Shown here piece after piece: positions 37,001 to 47,736 of a stretch of 64,000 nucleotides of DNA. Position 1 is the stretch's first letter, and the number at the start of each line of letters is the position of its first letter. Below the pieces are notes generated by a model that did not search any database, had not been told where the DNA came from, and saw only the letters and a program-made list of their open reading frames with translations. Source of the DNA: Treponemataceae bacterium. Lineage in GTDB: Bacteria; Spirochaetota; Spirochaetia; Treponematales; Rectinemataceae. The translations under genes and the position numbers were made by a program. The DNA is taken from assembly GCA_963677895.2 (NCBI GenBank), contig CAXXGJ010000018.1:512001-576000 (forward strand), in the 5' to 3' direction.

Positions 37001-38058
37001 GGCTTCCCTCCGATCCCGGCCCGCTTTATCCTTATCGACTTCAGTCTTTCCGTAAAGGGAAGTGCCGTCGCCGTAATGAGAAGGAATATGACCGCCTGGA
37101 CGATCGCCACGATTTCGGAACTCACATCGGAGCCGAGCATGACGCTCTTGGATCCCGAATCGAGATAGGCGTAAAAAGCCGCTGCGGGGATGAGGGCGAG
37201 AGGATTGTTCCTCGCGATGAGTGATACCGCTATGGCGCTCCAGCCGACGCCCGAAGAAAAACCGCGCATGACCTTGTAGTAGGAGCCGAAAATCATGAGA
37301 GCCCCGGCGAGGCCGTGCAACGCTCCCGATAGCGCCATGGGAAGAAGCGTGTAGATTCCGCTATCGATCCCGGCATAGCGCGCGAACTCCCTATTGGCTC
37401 CGCAGAGCCTGAGCTCGAAGCCGAATCTTGTCCTGTCCATCACCGCCTTGCCCGCGAGGGACGCGAGGAGTCCGATGACGAGCCCGGTACTCAGCGAGGA
37501 GGGAGGAAAAATCTTCGGGAAAGCCGCGGACGCGGCGATCGCGCGCGTCGTCTGGAAATTGCTGGCCGGGTCCTGGAAAGGTCCGGTTACGAGGAAATCG
37601 ACGAGAAGGACAGCCAGCGAGGAAATAAGGAAGGATGAAATGAGTTCATCGACGCCGAGGCGGCGCTTGAGAGTCCCTGATAGGCCGCCGATGAGACCGC
37701 CAGCCGCGGCCGCCGCGGTACAGGAGAGAAGTTGAACGACGCCGGTCGAGCCTTCGGGAAGGCTCAAGGCCACGAGCGTCGCCACGAGGGCTCCGCCGTA
37801 AATCTGCCCTTCGCCGCCGAGATTGAAGTTGCGCGATTCGAAGGCAAAGGCGACGCCCAGCCCAGCAACGATGAGCGGTACCATTGAAGAAACGAGGTTG
37901 CCAAGGTAGTAGCGATTCGTCAAGGGCGCCACGAAGAAGAGGAACAACGAATCGGCGAAGGAATCCGAGAAAATAAAGAGAAGCAGGCAAGCCGACGCGA
38001 GCGCGGCCGTGATAGTGAAGAGAAGGACGCCTACCCGTCCGCGGCTTGATTTACTCAT
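36997..38058 (-). CDS. Nucleoside/sugar ABC transporter permease
   Basis: FNLGGEGQ, RTRFGFELR and FARYAGI motifs. Confidence 0.9.
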   Translation of the reverse strand: MSKSSRGRVGVLLFTITAALASACLLLFIFSDSFADSLFLFFVAPLTNRYYLGNLVSSMVPLIVAGLGVAFAFESRNFNLGGEGQIYGGALVATLVALSLPEGSTGVVQLLSCTAAAAAGGLIGGLSGTLKRRLGVDELISSFLISSLAVLLVDFLVTGPFQDPASNFQTTRAIAASAAFPKIFPPSSLSTGLVIGLLASLAGKAVMDRTRFGFELRLCGANREFARYAGIDSGIYTLLPMALSGALHGLAGALMIFGSYYKVMRGFSSGVGWSAIAVSLIARNNPLALIPAAAFYAYLDSGSKSVMLGSDVSSEIVAIVQAVIFLLITATALPFTERLKSIRIKRAGIGGKP

Positions 38059-39610
38059 CCAAGCCGCCTCGGGCCGCGACCGGGCGGGAGGATTCCGAGA
38101 GGCCGAGCATAAGGGAACCCAGAGCTTCGCGCGTCGCTTCAGGGCCATTCTGCAGGGAACCGGCCAGCCTGCCCTTGCGCAGAACGGCGATCCTGTCGGA
38201 CAGCGTCAGTATTTCATCGATATCGGAGGAAAGAAGCACGATCGCCGATCCTTTTTCGCGCAGGGCGAGAATTCGGTCGTAGACGAACTCCGCCGATGCC
38301 CTGTCGAGTCCCCAGGTGGGTTCGCAGAGAACGCAGAGCGCCGGGGGTGGATCCGAAAGTTCGCGGGCGAGAATCATTTTCTGTATATTGCCGCCCGACA
38401 GCTCCTCGACGAGACTTTCCGGGTCGGCTTTTATGGAAAAGTCGCGGATGGCGGCGCCCGCCGCCTTCCTGGCCGCTTCGCCGTCGAGAATACCTCTCGG
38501 GAAGAAGGCGGCCCTGTCCAAGGCTATGAAGTTTTCGGCCACCGTCCTGCTGTCGCAGGAACCGCGCCTCATCCGGTCGGATGGGACATAGGCTATGCCG
38601 TGGAAACGCCAAGGCGCCGACCTGAAACGAGGGTAGGGATCGCCGAAGAACCGAAGTCTGCCCGAACCCGGCTTGATAATGCCCGCGAGGAGATCTTCGA
38701 GCTCCGTGAGAACATTCCCGGATAGGGCGCAGAGCCCGCAGATTTCACCCGGCCTGACGGCGAGGGAAAGACCGTCGAGCAGGGCCAGCCCATGATGACG
38801 AGCCCGGAGGCTCAGGTTTTCGAGCTCCAGGACCGGTTCGCCGCCCGACGCGGCGGGAACGCGCGGGCGATGTTCCCTGAGGCCGCTGTTTCCCATCATC
38901 ATGCCGGAGAGATCCTGTTCCGACACCGCCTGCGCGGGAAATTCGCCGACGGTCTCGCCGTCGCGCATCACGGTGACCGTATCGGCGATTTCCTTCACTT
39001 CCCTGATCTTGTGCGTGATGATGACAATAGTCCTGCCTTCTTCCCTCAGCCCGCGGAGCGTGGAAAAGAGGGAGCGTATCTCCTGTTCGGTGAGCACCGA
39101 GGTGGGCTCGTCGAGTATGAGCACCTCGCAGTTCTTGTACAGAAGCCTGAGGATTTCCACCTGCTGCCTTTCCCCGACCGTGAGTTCATCGGCCGGCTTC
39201 TCAGGATCGATCGAAAAGCCGAACCGGGCAATGGCCTTGGCGGCCGCGTCCACGCAGGCTTTCCTGTCGATGAAAATGCCGCAGCGTCTTGGCTCGACGC
39301 CGAATACGATGTTTTCGGCGGCGGAAAAGCCCGGTATGGTCATGAAATGCTGGTGGACCATGCCGATCCCCTGCCTGGACGTGTCGGAAGCGTTGCGGAA
39401 GCCGACAGCGCGCCCGTCTATGGCTATACTGCCGGAATCGGCCTTGGTCAGGCCGGCGAGGATCCTCATGAGCGTCGTCTTGCCGGCGCCGTTTTCGCCG
39501 ATGACGGCGTGGATTTCGCCCGCGGACAGATGAAGCTCGGCCTTTCTGTTCGCCCAGGTTCCGCTCGAAGAGAAAAATTTGTCTATTTTCTCAAGGCTGA
39601 TACTTTTCAT
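38051..39610 (-). CDS. ABC transporter ATP-binding protein (CUT2, double NBD)
   Basis: GENGAGKT, LILDEPT, LSGGNIQK and EPTWGLD. Confidence 0.93.
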   Translation of the reverse strand: MKSISLEKIDKFFSSSGTWANRKAELHLSAGEIHAVIGENGAGKTTLMRILAGLTKADSGSIAIDGRAVGFRNASDTSRQGIGMVHQHFMTIPGFSAAENIVFGVEPRRCGIFIDRKACVDAAAKAIARFGFSIDPEKPADELTVGERQQVEILRLLYKNCEVLILDEPTSVLTEQEIRSLFSTLRGLREEGRTIVIITHKIREVKEIADTVTVMRDGETVGEFPAQAVSEQDLSGMMMGNSGLREHRPRVPAASGGEPVLELENLSLRARHHGLALLDGLSLAVRPGEICGLCALSGNVLTELEDLLAGIIKPGSGRLRFFGDPYPRFRSAPWRFHGIAYVPSDRMRRGSCDSRTVAENFIALDRAAFFPRGILDGEAARKAAGAAIRDFSIKADPESLVEELSGGNIQKMILARELSDPPPALCVLCEPTWGLDRASAEFVYDRILALREKGSAIVLLSSDIDEILTLSDRIAVLRKGRLAGSLQNGPEATREALGSLMLGLSESSRPVAARGGLDE

Positions 39611-39631
39611 TATGAGGCGCCAAGCCCTGAA

Positions 39632-40636
39632 TCAGAGCTGGGGGACCTTGAACGACAGCGACCCGTTTTTGATCCTGGCGATAGCCTCCGCCACCTTGGC
39701 CTGCACGGATTTAGGCACGCCATCCAGATAGCTGGGATTCGCGTTCAGCAGTTCGATATAGCCTTCCCTCATGCCGACGATATCGGCTTTTCCGAACGCC
39801 AGCTTGCCTTCCACCGCTTCCTTCAGCTTCGTGTAGGCCAGGTTCTCCTGGCGCAGGGCGGTGCAGCCGAGAATGGTCTTCGGAGCGCGCGCGTACTCGT
39901 CGCTGTCGAAAAAGAGGAGATACTTGCCGGCATCCTGGGCCGTCTTTATGACGCCCTGGCTCGCCGAACCGCAGATGGGCAGGATGACATCGACGCCCGA
40001 GTCGATCATGCTTCGGGCGAGCTCGGCCGCCTTGGTCGCGTCGTACCAGTTGCCGAGCACCCTGACGTCCAGCTGGAAGGCTGGATCGGCCGCCTTCAGT
40101 CCCTGCTCGAAGCCCGGAATGATGAGCTTGTCCATGACGGGGTAGTGCTGTCCGATGATAAGCCCAACCTTCTTGGCCGCGTTGGCCCCGGGGAGGGAAC
40201 TCATCGACAGCAGGCCGGCCAGATAGCCCGTTATGTATCCCTGTTCGGTTTGATTGTAGAGAACGGTGTAAAGATTGGGATTCCCCGGCTTCATGCCGTC
40301 CAGGCTGATGAACTTCTGCTTGGGGAACATGGGCGAAATCGCGCCGATGAGATCCGGCAGGGAAGGATTGGAGGTGAGGATGAAATCGTAATTGCCCGTC
40401 GCCACGAAACTCGTCAGCTTTTCCTGCCACTCCGCCTGGTTGAAGCCGGCCTCGAAAATCTTTACCGAGGCGCCGGGGATTTCGGCGGCCAGTCTTTCGG
40501 CGCCGGCCGCGAGATCGGAATACGTGGGGCTGCCTTCCCTGACGCCGGGAATGAAGACGCCGATTCTCGGCGGTTTGGCGAAGGCGGGAAGCGCGAGAAC
40601 GAGGATGGCCGCGACGATGGACAGACGGAATTTCAT
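39632..40636 (-). CDS. BMP/PnrA-family (nucleoside) ABC substrate-binding protein
   Basis: Signal peptide; EQGYITGYLAG, GFEQG and GNWYDATKAAELA. Confidence 0.85.
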   Translation of the reverse strand: MKFRLSIVAAILVLALPAFAKPPRIGVFIPGVREGSPTYSDLAAGAERLAAEIPGASVKIFEAGFNQAEWQEKLTSFVATGNYDFILTSNPSLPDLIGAISPMFPKQKFISLDGMKPGNPNLYTVLYNQTEQGYITGYLAGLLSMSSLPGANAAKKVGLIIGQHYPVMDKLIIPGFEQGLKAADPAFQLDVRVLGNWYDATKAAELARSMIDSGVDVILPICGSASQGVIKTAQDAGKYLLFFDSDEYARAPKTILGCTALRQENLAYTKLKEAVEGKLAFGKADIVGMREGYIELLNANPSYLDGVPKSVQAKVAEAIARIKNGSLSFKVPQL

Positions 40637-40763
40637 ACATTCCTCCAAAATGACGGGAGAATTGACAAGCTGCCGAAACTTACGTAACAAAAAATCTTAC
40701 GTAAAATTGATAATAACATATTTCAAAAAATATTCAAGTAGGGTATCATTGAAACAGCACAGT

Positions 40764-41222
40764 ATGAAAACCAACGGCGATAGCTTGAAAATCGGGGACC
40801 TCGCCTCCATGTTCGGACTCACGGCGAGATCCATACGCTACTATGAAGAATTGGGCCTCCTGAAATCCAACGACAGGACGGAAGGGCTCCATCGTCGCTA
40901 TCCCGGCAGGAACATCGTCTACCTGAAAAGAATCAGGCAGCTCAAGGCCTATGGACTGAGCCTGGGCGAGATCAAGGAGTTTTTCGACCTGGCCGAGGAA
41001 GATCCCTCGGGGGAAGCCTGCAAGGCCCTTCTCGTCAGAAAATACGAAGAGCGGATCAGCGCCGAAGAGGCGGCCATCGGCGAAGCGCAGAAAAGGCTGG
41101 ACGAGCTGAAAGACCAGGCCGACTGCCTGCGCGGCTCGGGGCGGTTTTTCGCCTGCCCCGGCGAGGAATGCGGCGAATGCGATACGGCGGATTTCTGCGA
41201 CACGGGAAGCGATAAGGCATGA
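40764..41222 (+). CDS. MerR family regulator with Cys-rich C-terminus
   Basis: KIGDLA..GLTARSIRYYEELGLL and C-terminal CPGEECGECDTADFC. Confidence 0.88.
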   Translation: MKTNGDSLKIGDLASMFGLTARSIRYYEELGLLKSNDRTEGLHRRYPGRNIVYLKRIRQLKAYGLSLGEIKEFFDLAEEDPSGEACKALLVRKYEERISAEEAAIGEAQKRLDELKDQADCLRGSGRFFACPGEECGECDTADFCDTGSDKA

Positions 41223-42664
41223 TCGTCGCCATCGATATAGGAACAACGAGCGCGAAAGCGGCTCTTTTCGACAGGGAAGGCGGCTGTGTCGCCGTCGAAA
41301 GGGTGACGATTCATGGCATCATCGGCGCCAATCCCGTCGAGCATGAAATAGACCCGCGATCCTGGACTGAAGCGGTCAAAGGGCTGCTCGCGGGGCTGGC
41401 GGCCGCGGTTCGGGGCGGACTGAGCGACGTGGAATGCGTGGCGGTGAGCGGAAACGGCCCCACGCTGTTGCCGGTTGGCGCCGACGGCGAGCCGCTCCAC
41501 AACGCCATCACCTGGATGGACAGAAGAGCCGCCGGGGAGTCGGCGCTGGCCGAACCCATTTTAGGCAGGTTCCTCGATCCCGCGTACAATCTTCCGAAGG
41601 TGCTCTGGCTCAAGGCCCAGCGCCCCGATATCTACGAAAACACCCGTTGGTTCTCATCCTGTCCCGAATACATCATCGCGCGCCTCTGCGGCGCCTGGAT
41701 AAGCATCCTCCCCGCCGAAGGCTACCAGGCGATAATCTGGGACTCGAGGTCGTTGAGACTTCTTGGCTTGGACGAAGGGAAATTTCCCCCCTTCGCGAAG
41801 CTGGGCTCCATAGTGGGGGCGGTGACGCGACAGGCGGCCGAAGCGACCGGCCTTCCCGAAGGCATCCCCGTCGTCGCGGGCGGACCCGATTTCATCGTCT
41901 CCCTCATAGGCACCGCGACGACCAGTCCCCGCAGGGCCTGCGACAGATCGGGCACCTCCGAGGGCATCAACCTCTGCTGGAACACGGCGGTCCCGCGAGA
42001 TCCGCGTCTCCTCTTCATGCCGCACGTAATAGAACCTTACGAGAACATCTCCGGCGTCATCTCGGCGACGGGAAGGGCTGTTTCCTGGTTCATGGGCATC
42101 GAGGGCGTCGGGGCGGGCGATCACGGCGACTTTTTCCGCATGGCGGCGGAGGCCCCGGCCGGCGCCGACAGCCTGCTTTTCCTTCCCTATCTTTCGGGCG
42201 AACGGGCCCCTCTCTGGAACCCCGACGCCCGTGCCGTCTTCGTGGGACTTTCCCTGCGGCATGGAAGGAAAGAGATGGCCCGGGCCGTGGCCGAGTCGGC
42301 GGGATTCGCCATGCGCGACGTCATCGAGGTGATGGAATCCCTGGGGGCGCGGGTGGAGGATCTCCGCGTCACGGGCCAGCCAGCCGGGAACGCCGTTTGG
42401 AACCAGATCAAGGCCGACATAACGCGGAAGCCCATCCTCGTTCCGGCCTTCGGCGAAGCGGAACTCCTCGGCGACCTCTGCCTCGCCCTGGTCGCCCTGG
42501 GCCAGTTCCCGACCATAGGGCTGGCGGCCGAAAAACTCGTCTCCTTCGGAAAGACCTTTTTCCCCGACGAATCGAAGAAGGCGCTCTATGACGAGCTCTT
42601 TTCCCTATATCGCGAGAGCTACAAGGGGCTGGAGCCGGTTTTTCACCGCCTTGCGAAGCTTTAG
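41219..42664 (+). CDS. FGGY-family carbohydrate kinase (xylulokinase-like)
   Basis: IDIGTTSAKA, WMDRRA, SGTS and PYLSGERAP. Confidence 0.9.
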   Translation: MIVAIDIGTTSAKAALFDREGGCVAVERVTIHGIIGANPVEHEIDPRSWTEAVKGLLAGLAAAVRGGLSDVECVAVSGNGPTLLPVGADGEPLHNAITWMDRRAAGESALAEPILGRFLDPAYNLPKVLWLKAQRPDIYENTRWFSSCPEYIIARLCGAWISILPAEGYQAIIWDSRSLRLLGLDEGKFPPFAKLGSIVGAVTRQAAEATGLPEGIPVVAGGPDFIVSLIGTATTSPRRACDRSGTSEGINLCWNTAVPRDPRLLFMPHVIEPYENISGVISATGRAVSWFMGIEGVGAGDHGDFFRMAAEAPAGADSLLFLPYLSGERAPLWNPDARAVFVGLSLRHGRKEMARAVAESAGFAMRDVIEVMESLGARVEDLRVTGQPAGNAVWNQIKADITRKPILVPAFGEAELLGDLCLALVALGQFPTIGLAAEKLVSFGKTFFPDESKKALYDELFSLYRESYKGLEPVFHRLAKL

Positions 42665-42856
42665 GCGTTGAGGCGCTTCGCGCGGGTTCAGGACGAAAAG
42701 AAAACACAGGAACACGCAACTTCCCGAGGCTCCCGCCGGGATTCCCCTTGACCCTTTTCCAAAGACTGTCTACTTTTACGGAAACTTGCCGGCTTCTTCT
42801 AAAATTTACGCGTTTAAATGTATAATGGATGCGAACGCCAGCACGGAGGTAATTTC

Positions 42857-43438
42857 ATGCCCGAAACCAAAGTCGTCATCAATCTTTCCAACCGCCACGT
42901 CCACGTCAGCCGCGAGGATCTCGACATCCTCTACGGCAAGGGCTATCAGCTCACCAAGACCAAGGACCTGATCCAGCCCGGACAGTTCGCATGCGCCGAG
43001 ACCGTCACCATCAAGGGACCGAAGGGCGCCTTCGAGGGCGTCAGGATACTCGGACCTGAACGCAAGGAGACGCAGTGCGAGATTCTCGCGAGCGATCAGT
43101 TCAAGCTGGGCGTTCCCGGCTGCCCCGTGCGCGAATCGGGCCAGCTCGACGGCAGCGCCCCCTTCGAAATCATCGGACCGGCCGGTTCCATCAAGAAGGA
43201 CAAGGGACTCATCATCGCCAAGCGCCATATCCACTTCAACCTTGAAGAGGGCAAGCGCTTCGGTGTCGCCGACAAGCAGCTCGTCAGCCTCAAGGCCGGC
43301 GGGGAGAGGGGAGCCATCTTCCTCAACGTCGTCTGCCGCGTCAACGCGGCCTATGCTCTCGAGTGCCATCTCGATTTCGACGAAGGCAACGCCGTGGGCA
43401 TCGGCAACGGCACGCTCGGCGAGATCACGACGCTCTGA
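42857..43438 (+). CDS. pduL: Phosphate propanoyltransferase PduL
   Basis: SNRHVHVS, QPGQFA, RILGPER, RHIH and HLDFDEGNA. GGAGG RBS. Confidence 0.92.
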   Translation: MPETKVVINLSNRHVHVSREDLDILYGKGYQLTKTKDLIQPGQFACAETVTIKGPKGAFEGVRILGPERKETQCEILASDQFKLGVPGCPVRESGQLDGSAPFEIIGPAGSIKKDKGLIIAKRHIHFNLEEGKRFGVADKQLVSLKAGGERGAIFLNVVCRVNAAYALECHLDFDEGNAVGIGNGTLGEITTL

Positions 43439-43497
43439 TTTCAAATCGATAATTCCGGCGGGCTTCTTTCTGGCCCGCCGCCTGAAGGGGATCGGAA

Positions 43498-44562
43498 GTG
43501 AGCAAGATAATACTGAAAGCGCAGGATCTCGACGGCTATCTGTCGGCCAAGGACAACGCGTACCTGGCGCAGATGGACGCGCTTTACCGCCAGGCCATGG
43601 TTTCCTTCAACATTCTGGGCACGAGCCATTCGGAAACCGAGAAAAAGAAGGAAGAAGCCGCCCTCATCGAGCTCTACAACACGATGGGGAGCCTGATGAA
43701 GGAGATATGCGCGAGCGAGCCGCGCATTCAGGTATATTCCTTCGTCACGCCGCACGAGAACCACGGCGAAGCCTCGCGCCTCATCGCCAAGCTCCGCGAC
43801 ATCAATACCGGACGCCAGGAATTCGTCTACTACACGCAGAGGGCTTTCGAACTCCTCTTCAACATCGCTTTCGGCGGCGGCGTCAATCCCAACAAGAATT
43901 ACCTCATCGTCAAGACGCCCGTCGGCATTCCCGTGCAGAACTACGCCGTGCACAAGATACCCAACATCGACGCGCAGCTTTCCGACACGGTGATGTGCGT
44001 CATGCTGCGCGGCGCCCTCCTGCCGTCGATGATCGTCTCCAAGGAAATACAGGAGTATTCCTCTTCGGGCTATCTCACCCCCTTTGCCCTCTTCAAGATC
44101 AAGCGCGACGATTCGAAGAGCGAGACGACGATGGAGTACATACTCGACCTGGACCGTTCCTACTTCAAGCTGGAGGAACTGGACGGGAAGAATCTCGTGT
44201 TCGCCGATCCCATGAACGCCACCGGCGGCTCGCTCGTCACCGTGGTGAAATACCTCCTCGAGAAGGGCGTCAAACCCAAGTCGGTGAAGTTCCTCAACGT
44301 CATTTCCGCGCTGAAAGGCAGCCTGAGAATCGTCAGGGCCATCGAGAACGTCACGGTCCACACGCTGTGGATGGATCCCATCCTCAACGAGCGCGCCTAC
44401 ATCATGCCCGGCCTGGGCGACGCGGGCGACAGGATCAACGGCGTGGACGAGGACAGGAATCCCCGCGACATGCTCAGGCTCGTGGCCGATTACGGCACCA
44501 ACATCACCGGACTGTACCGCTCACAGCTCAGGATCATCGAAGAAACGGTGCTCCACCATTGA
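43498..44562 (+). CDS. upp: Uracil phosphoribosyltransferase, long form
   Basis: [20 protein letters not shown] motif and [12 protein letters not shown]. Confidence 0.9.
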   Translation: MSKIILKAQDLDGYLSAKDNAYLAQMDALYRQAMVSFNILGTSHSETEKKKEEAALIELYNTMGSLMKEICASEPRIQVYSFVTPHENHGEASRLIAKLRDINTGRQEFVYYTQRAFELLFNIAFGGGVNPNKNYLIVKTPVGIPVQNYAVHKIPNIDAQLSDTVMCVMLRGALLPSMIVSKEIQEYSSSGYLTPFALFKIKRDDSKSETTMEYILDLDRSYFKLEELDGKNLVFADPMNATGGSLVTVVKYLLEKGVKPKSVKFLNVISALKGSLRIVRAIENVTVHTLWMDPILNERAYIMPGLGDAGDRINGVDEDRNPRDMLRLVADYGTNITGLYRSQLRIIEETVLHH

Positions 44563-44577
44563 GCCGAAGGTCCTCCC

Positions 44578-45420
44578 ATGACTGAAACGAAACCCGTCGG
44601 CTTTTCGCTGTTCTGCGGCCCCGACCTCATCCTTCCGCCCGGGTGGAAGGATGGGGTGCCGGGCCTGCCTCTTTTTGAATCGCTGTCGCTCCCGGGCGGC
44701 GCCGTCGTGGCAAAAAAGGATGGGGTCCCCTCAGGCTTCGCGAGCACAGCCTTCGACTTCGGCGGCAGGACCTATATGGCAGTGGAGCTGAGCGACGAGC
44801 AGGCTTCGGGGCTGCCGGGGGCTTCCCGCGTTCCGCTGCGACAGTTCATCGGCGCGGCGCCGCAGGATTCGGTCATCTTCATCCTCAAGGCGAGGGCGTA
44901 CGCGCACTGGTCTTTCGTGGCGCACTACTGCGCCTTCTGCGGCGCTCCGCTCGTCGACGGGCGCGGCCGCGACTTCGAAAGAGCGAAGGTCTGCGAGGCT
45001 TGCGGCCGCGCCTACTTCCCGCGCATTTCGCCCGCGGTAATCGTCCTCATCCATCGCGGCGGCGAGATGCTTCTCGCGCACAACGCCAAGTTTCCCGCCG
45101 GCCGCCACGGCTTGATAGCGGGGTTCGTCGAGCCGGGCGAAACGCTGGAGGAGACTGTACATCGCGAGGTCATGGAGGAGGCCGGCATCGAGATAAGCGA
45201 GCCGCGCTACGTCAGATCCCAGCCCTGGCCCTTTCCCGATTCGCTCATGATCGCTTTCGAGGCCGAATACAAGTCCGGCGAGGTACGTCCCGACGGCGAG
45301 GAAATCGACCATCTGGGCTGGTTCTCGCCCGACCGTCTGCCCGACATTCCCCCGCACGGTTCCGTGGCCCGCTATCTCATCGATCGCTTCATCGCCGCGG
45401 CTCAGCTGCCCTCGGCTTAG
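44578..45420 (+). CDS. nudC: NADH pyrophosphatase
   Basis: CAFCG..CEACG zinc ribbon, Nudix box GFVEPGETLEETVHREVMEEAGI, and SQPWPFP. Confidence 0.93.
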   Translation: MTETKPVGFSLFCGPDLILPPGWKDGVPGLPLFESLSLPGGAVVAKKDGVPSGFASTAFDFGGRTYMAVELSDEQASGLPGASRVPLRQFIGAAPQDSVIFILKARAYAHWSFVAHYCAFCGAPLVDGRGRDFERAKVCEACGRAYFPRISPAVIVLIHRGGEMLLAHNAKFPAGRHGLIAGFVEPGETLEETVHREVMEEAGIEISEPRYVRSQPWPFPDSLMIAFEAEYKSGEVRPDGEEIDHLGWFSPDRLPDIPPHGSVARYLIDRFIAAAQLPSA

Positions 45421-45446
45421 GCGGCCCTCTCAGCGGGGCAATCCGA

Positions 45447-46148
45447 TCAACGGGGCGAAGAGCTCCTGGAATTCCTCAGCTTCCGCAGACCCTCGCCATC
45501 CAGTATCCTTATTTCCTTTCCCGAAAGTTCCAGGATTCCGAGGCGCTGCAGGGCTCCCAGTTCGCGCGAAAGGCTGGGCCTCGCTACGCCGAAAAGCTCC
45601 GCCATCCTCTCGCGCGTCGCTTCAAGGCGTATCGTGGCCGAACCGGAGAGTTCGCGGCGGCGAAGGAGCCAATCGGCGAGTTTTTCCCTCAGGCTTATGA
45701 ATTGGGCCGCCTTCAGTTTCTCCGTCAGCGAGAAGACCCTTTCTCCTATCTCTTCGAGCAAGGCTTGCAGGATAGGCTGATGTTTCATGCATAATTTCAA
45801 CAGGGCTTCTTTCGGGATCACGACGAAGCGGCAGTCGGTCCTGGCTTCGACGCTGACGGGCAGCCTTTGTCCCGAAGTGAAGAGTATGGCCGAAGCGATG
45901 GCTTCTACCGCCTTGAAACTCTCAACCCGAACTACCTTTCCCTCGTCGCTCGTCATCTCCGCGAAAGCCTCGCCCTCGATGAGGATGTACAGCGACGAGT
46001 ACCTGCATCCGGCCAACAGGATGACCGAATTCTTCTCGAAGGTCTTGAGCGAATGCGGAAGCGTATCGAAATCCTTCGCCAGTTCGGCCGGTTCGATATC
46101 GGCGAATATCCCGCACGAGGAAAGTCTTGCCATGTCGCGAAGCTGCAT
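45447..46148 (-). CDS. Crp/Fnr family transcriptional regulator
   Basis: cNMP-like domain and C-terminal HTH TRERMAELFGVARPSLSREL. Confidence 0.9.
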   Translation of the reverse strand: MQLRDMARLSSCGIFADIEPAELAKDFDTLPHSLKTFEKNSVILLAGCRYSSLYILIEGEAFAEMTSDEGKVVRVESFKAVEAIASAILFTSGQRLPVSVEARTDCRFVVIPKEALLKLCMKHQPILQALLEEIGERVFSLTEKLKAAQFISLREKLADWLLRRRELSGSATIRLEATRERMAELFGVARPSLSRELGALQRLGILELSGKEIRILDGEGLRKLRNSRSSSPR

Positions 46149-46266
46149 TGCCGTCCATTTTCCCGCGCGAAGGGTCTTTTGTCCAGTGCGATCGCGCGAG
46201 CCCTGAACGCACCCCCTTGCGCGCGCGGTCGGCTGCGCCTACCATGCCGATAGCAAGGAGAAACGA

Positions 46267-47673
46267 ATGGACTTTTCCTGGAAAGTAATCATCGATGCCG
46301 GACTCATTTCATCCGCCCTGATCGTGGCGACTTTCATACGCTCCAAGGTAAGGTTTTTCCAGAAATACCTCATTCCCAACGCGCTCACCGCCGGATTCAT
46401 TCTCCTCCCCGTCTACAATTTCGTGCTCCCCGCCGTTGGATATAAGATGAATGGATTGGGAGACCTTGTTTATCATCTTCTCAATATCTCCTTCATATCC
46501 ATGTCTCTGCGTTCCTCTCCTCCCAAGGTAAAAGGGCATTCAGGCGGCGGCGTTCTGGGCATGTCCACGGGCATTCTCATGGGATATGCCTCGCAGGCCC
46601 TGCTGGGGCTTGGCCTTACGCTGCTCTTCCTGCCCAAGATCCACCCCGCTTTCGGGCTACATCTTCCCCTCGGCTTCGCCCTCGGACCGGGCCAGGCTTA
46701 CGCCATCGGAAAGGGCTGGGAAGCCATGGGATTCGAGGGCGGAGCCTCCGTGGGGCTCACCTTCGCCGCTTTCGGCTATCTCTGGGCTTGCTTCGGAGGC
46801 GTCGTCCTCATCAACATGGGCATCAAGAAGGGCTGGATAAGCGCCGAGATGCTAGCCTTCATGCGCGATAAGGAACTCCTGACCGGCATCATGACGAAGG
46901 ATAAGGAGAAGCCAGTCGGCGGCCGTCTCACCACCGATACGAGCGCCATCGATTCCTTGAGCTTCCATATCGCGGCCGTATGCGTCGTCTACTTCCTCTC
47001 CTTCCTTCTTCTGAAAACGCTCTCCTTTTTCCTCGGCTTCGCGGGAAAGACTGGCGCCGAACTCGCCACCAACTTCTGGGGGATCAACTTCATATTTTCC
47101 GCGCTGGTCGCCATTATCGTGAGGAGAGTCATAGACATATTGAAGCTGGGCTATATCCTGGATGACGATACCCTCACGAGGGTTTCCGGCTTCTCCGTCG
47201 ACTTCATGGTCGCCGGCGCCCTCGCGGCGATTTCGCTCGTTTTTGTCGGCCAATATTGGTTCCCCATCATCGTGATGACGACCATCTGCGGTCTCATGAT
47301 AACGATATCGGTGCCATGGATGAGCTCGCGGATGTTCAACGATTATAAGTTTGAAAGGATGCTGATGCTCTATGGCGTCTCTACGGGCACGCTTTCGACC
47401 GGACTCGCGCTGTTGAGAGTCATGGATCCGGAGTTCAAGACAAAGGTATCGTCGGACTACATGCTCTCCGCCGGCCTCACCTTCATCTTCGCCATACCCT
47501 TCATCCTCTGCATCAACTTGCCGGCTAAGGCCTTCGTGACAGGCGACATGTCATATTACTGGCTGATGATGGGAGTGGCGGCGATCTATATGCTCTATGT
47601 CCTCGGTTCGTATGTCTATCTGGCAAAAAAGAAGAGCTTCGCCAAACCCGGCCAGCTTTGGTTCAAAGGCTAA
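46267..47673 (+). CDS. Sodium:glutamate symporter (GltS) family protein
   Basis: FFQKYLIPNALTAG, GFALGPGQA and YGVSTGTLSTGLALLRVMDPE. Confidence 0.8.
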   Translation: MDFSWKVIIDAGLISSALIVATFIRSKVRFFQKYLIPNALTAGFILLPVYNFVLPAVGYKMNGLGDLVYHLLNISFISMSLRSSPPKVKGHSGGGVLGMSTGILMGYASQALLGLGLTLLFLPKIHPAFGLHLPLGFALGPGQAYAIGKGWEAMGFEGGASVGLTFAAFGYLWACFGGVVLINMGIKKGWISAEMLAFMRDKELLTGIMTKDKEKPVGGRLTTDTSAIDSLSFHIAAVCVVYFLSFLLLKTLSFFLGFAGKTGAELATNFWGINFIFSALVAIIVRRVIDILKLGYILDDDTLTRVSGFSVDFMVAGALAAISLVFVGQYWFPIIVMTTICGLMITISVPWMSSRMFNDYKFERMLMLYGVSTGTLSTGLALLRVMDPEFKTKVSSDYMLSAGLTFIFAIPFILCINLPAKAFVTGDMSYYWLMMGVAAIYMLYVLGSYVYLAKKKSFAKPGQLWFKG

Positions 47674-47692
47674 ATACCTAGGGCATTTAGTC

Positions 47693-47726
47693 CGACCTCC
47701 GCGTGGAAATATCCACGCGGAGGTCG
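47693..47726. terminator. 15-bp hairpin between convergent genes
   Basis: CGACCTCCGCGTGGA-AATA-TCCACGCGGAGGTCG. No strong U-tract. Confidence 0.55.
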
Positions 47727-47736
47727 AATCCCGTAG

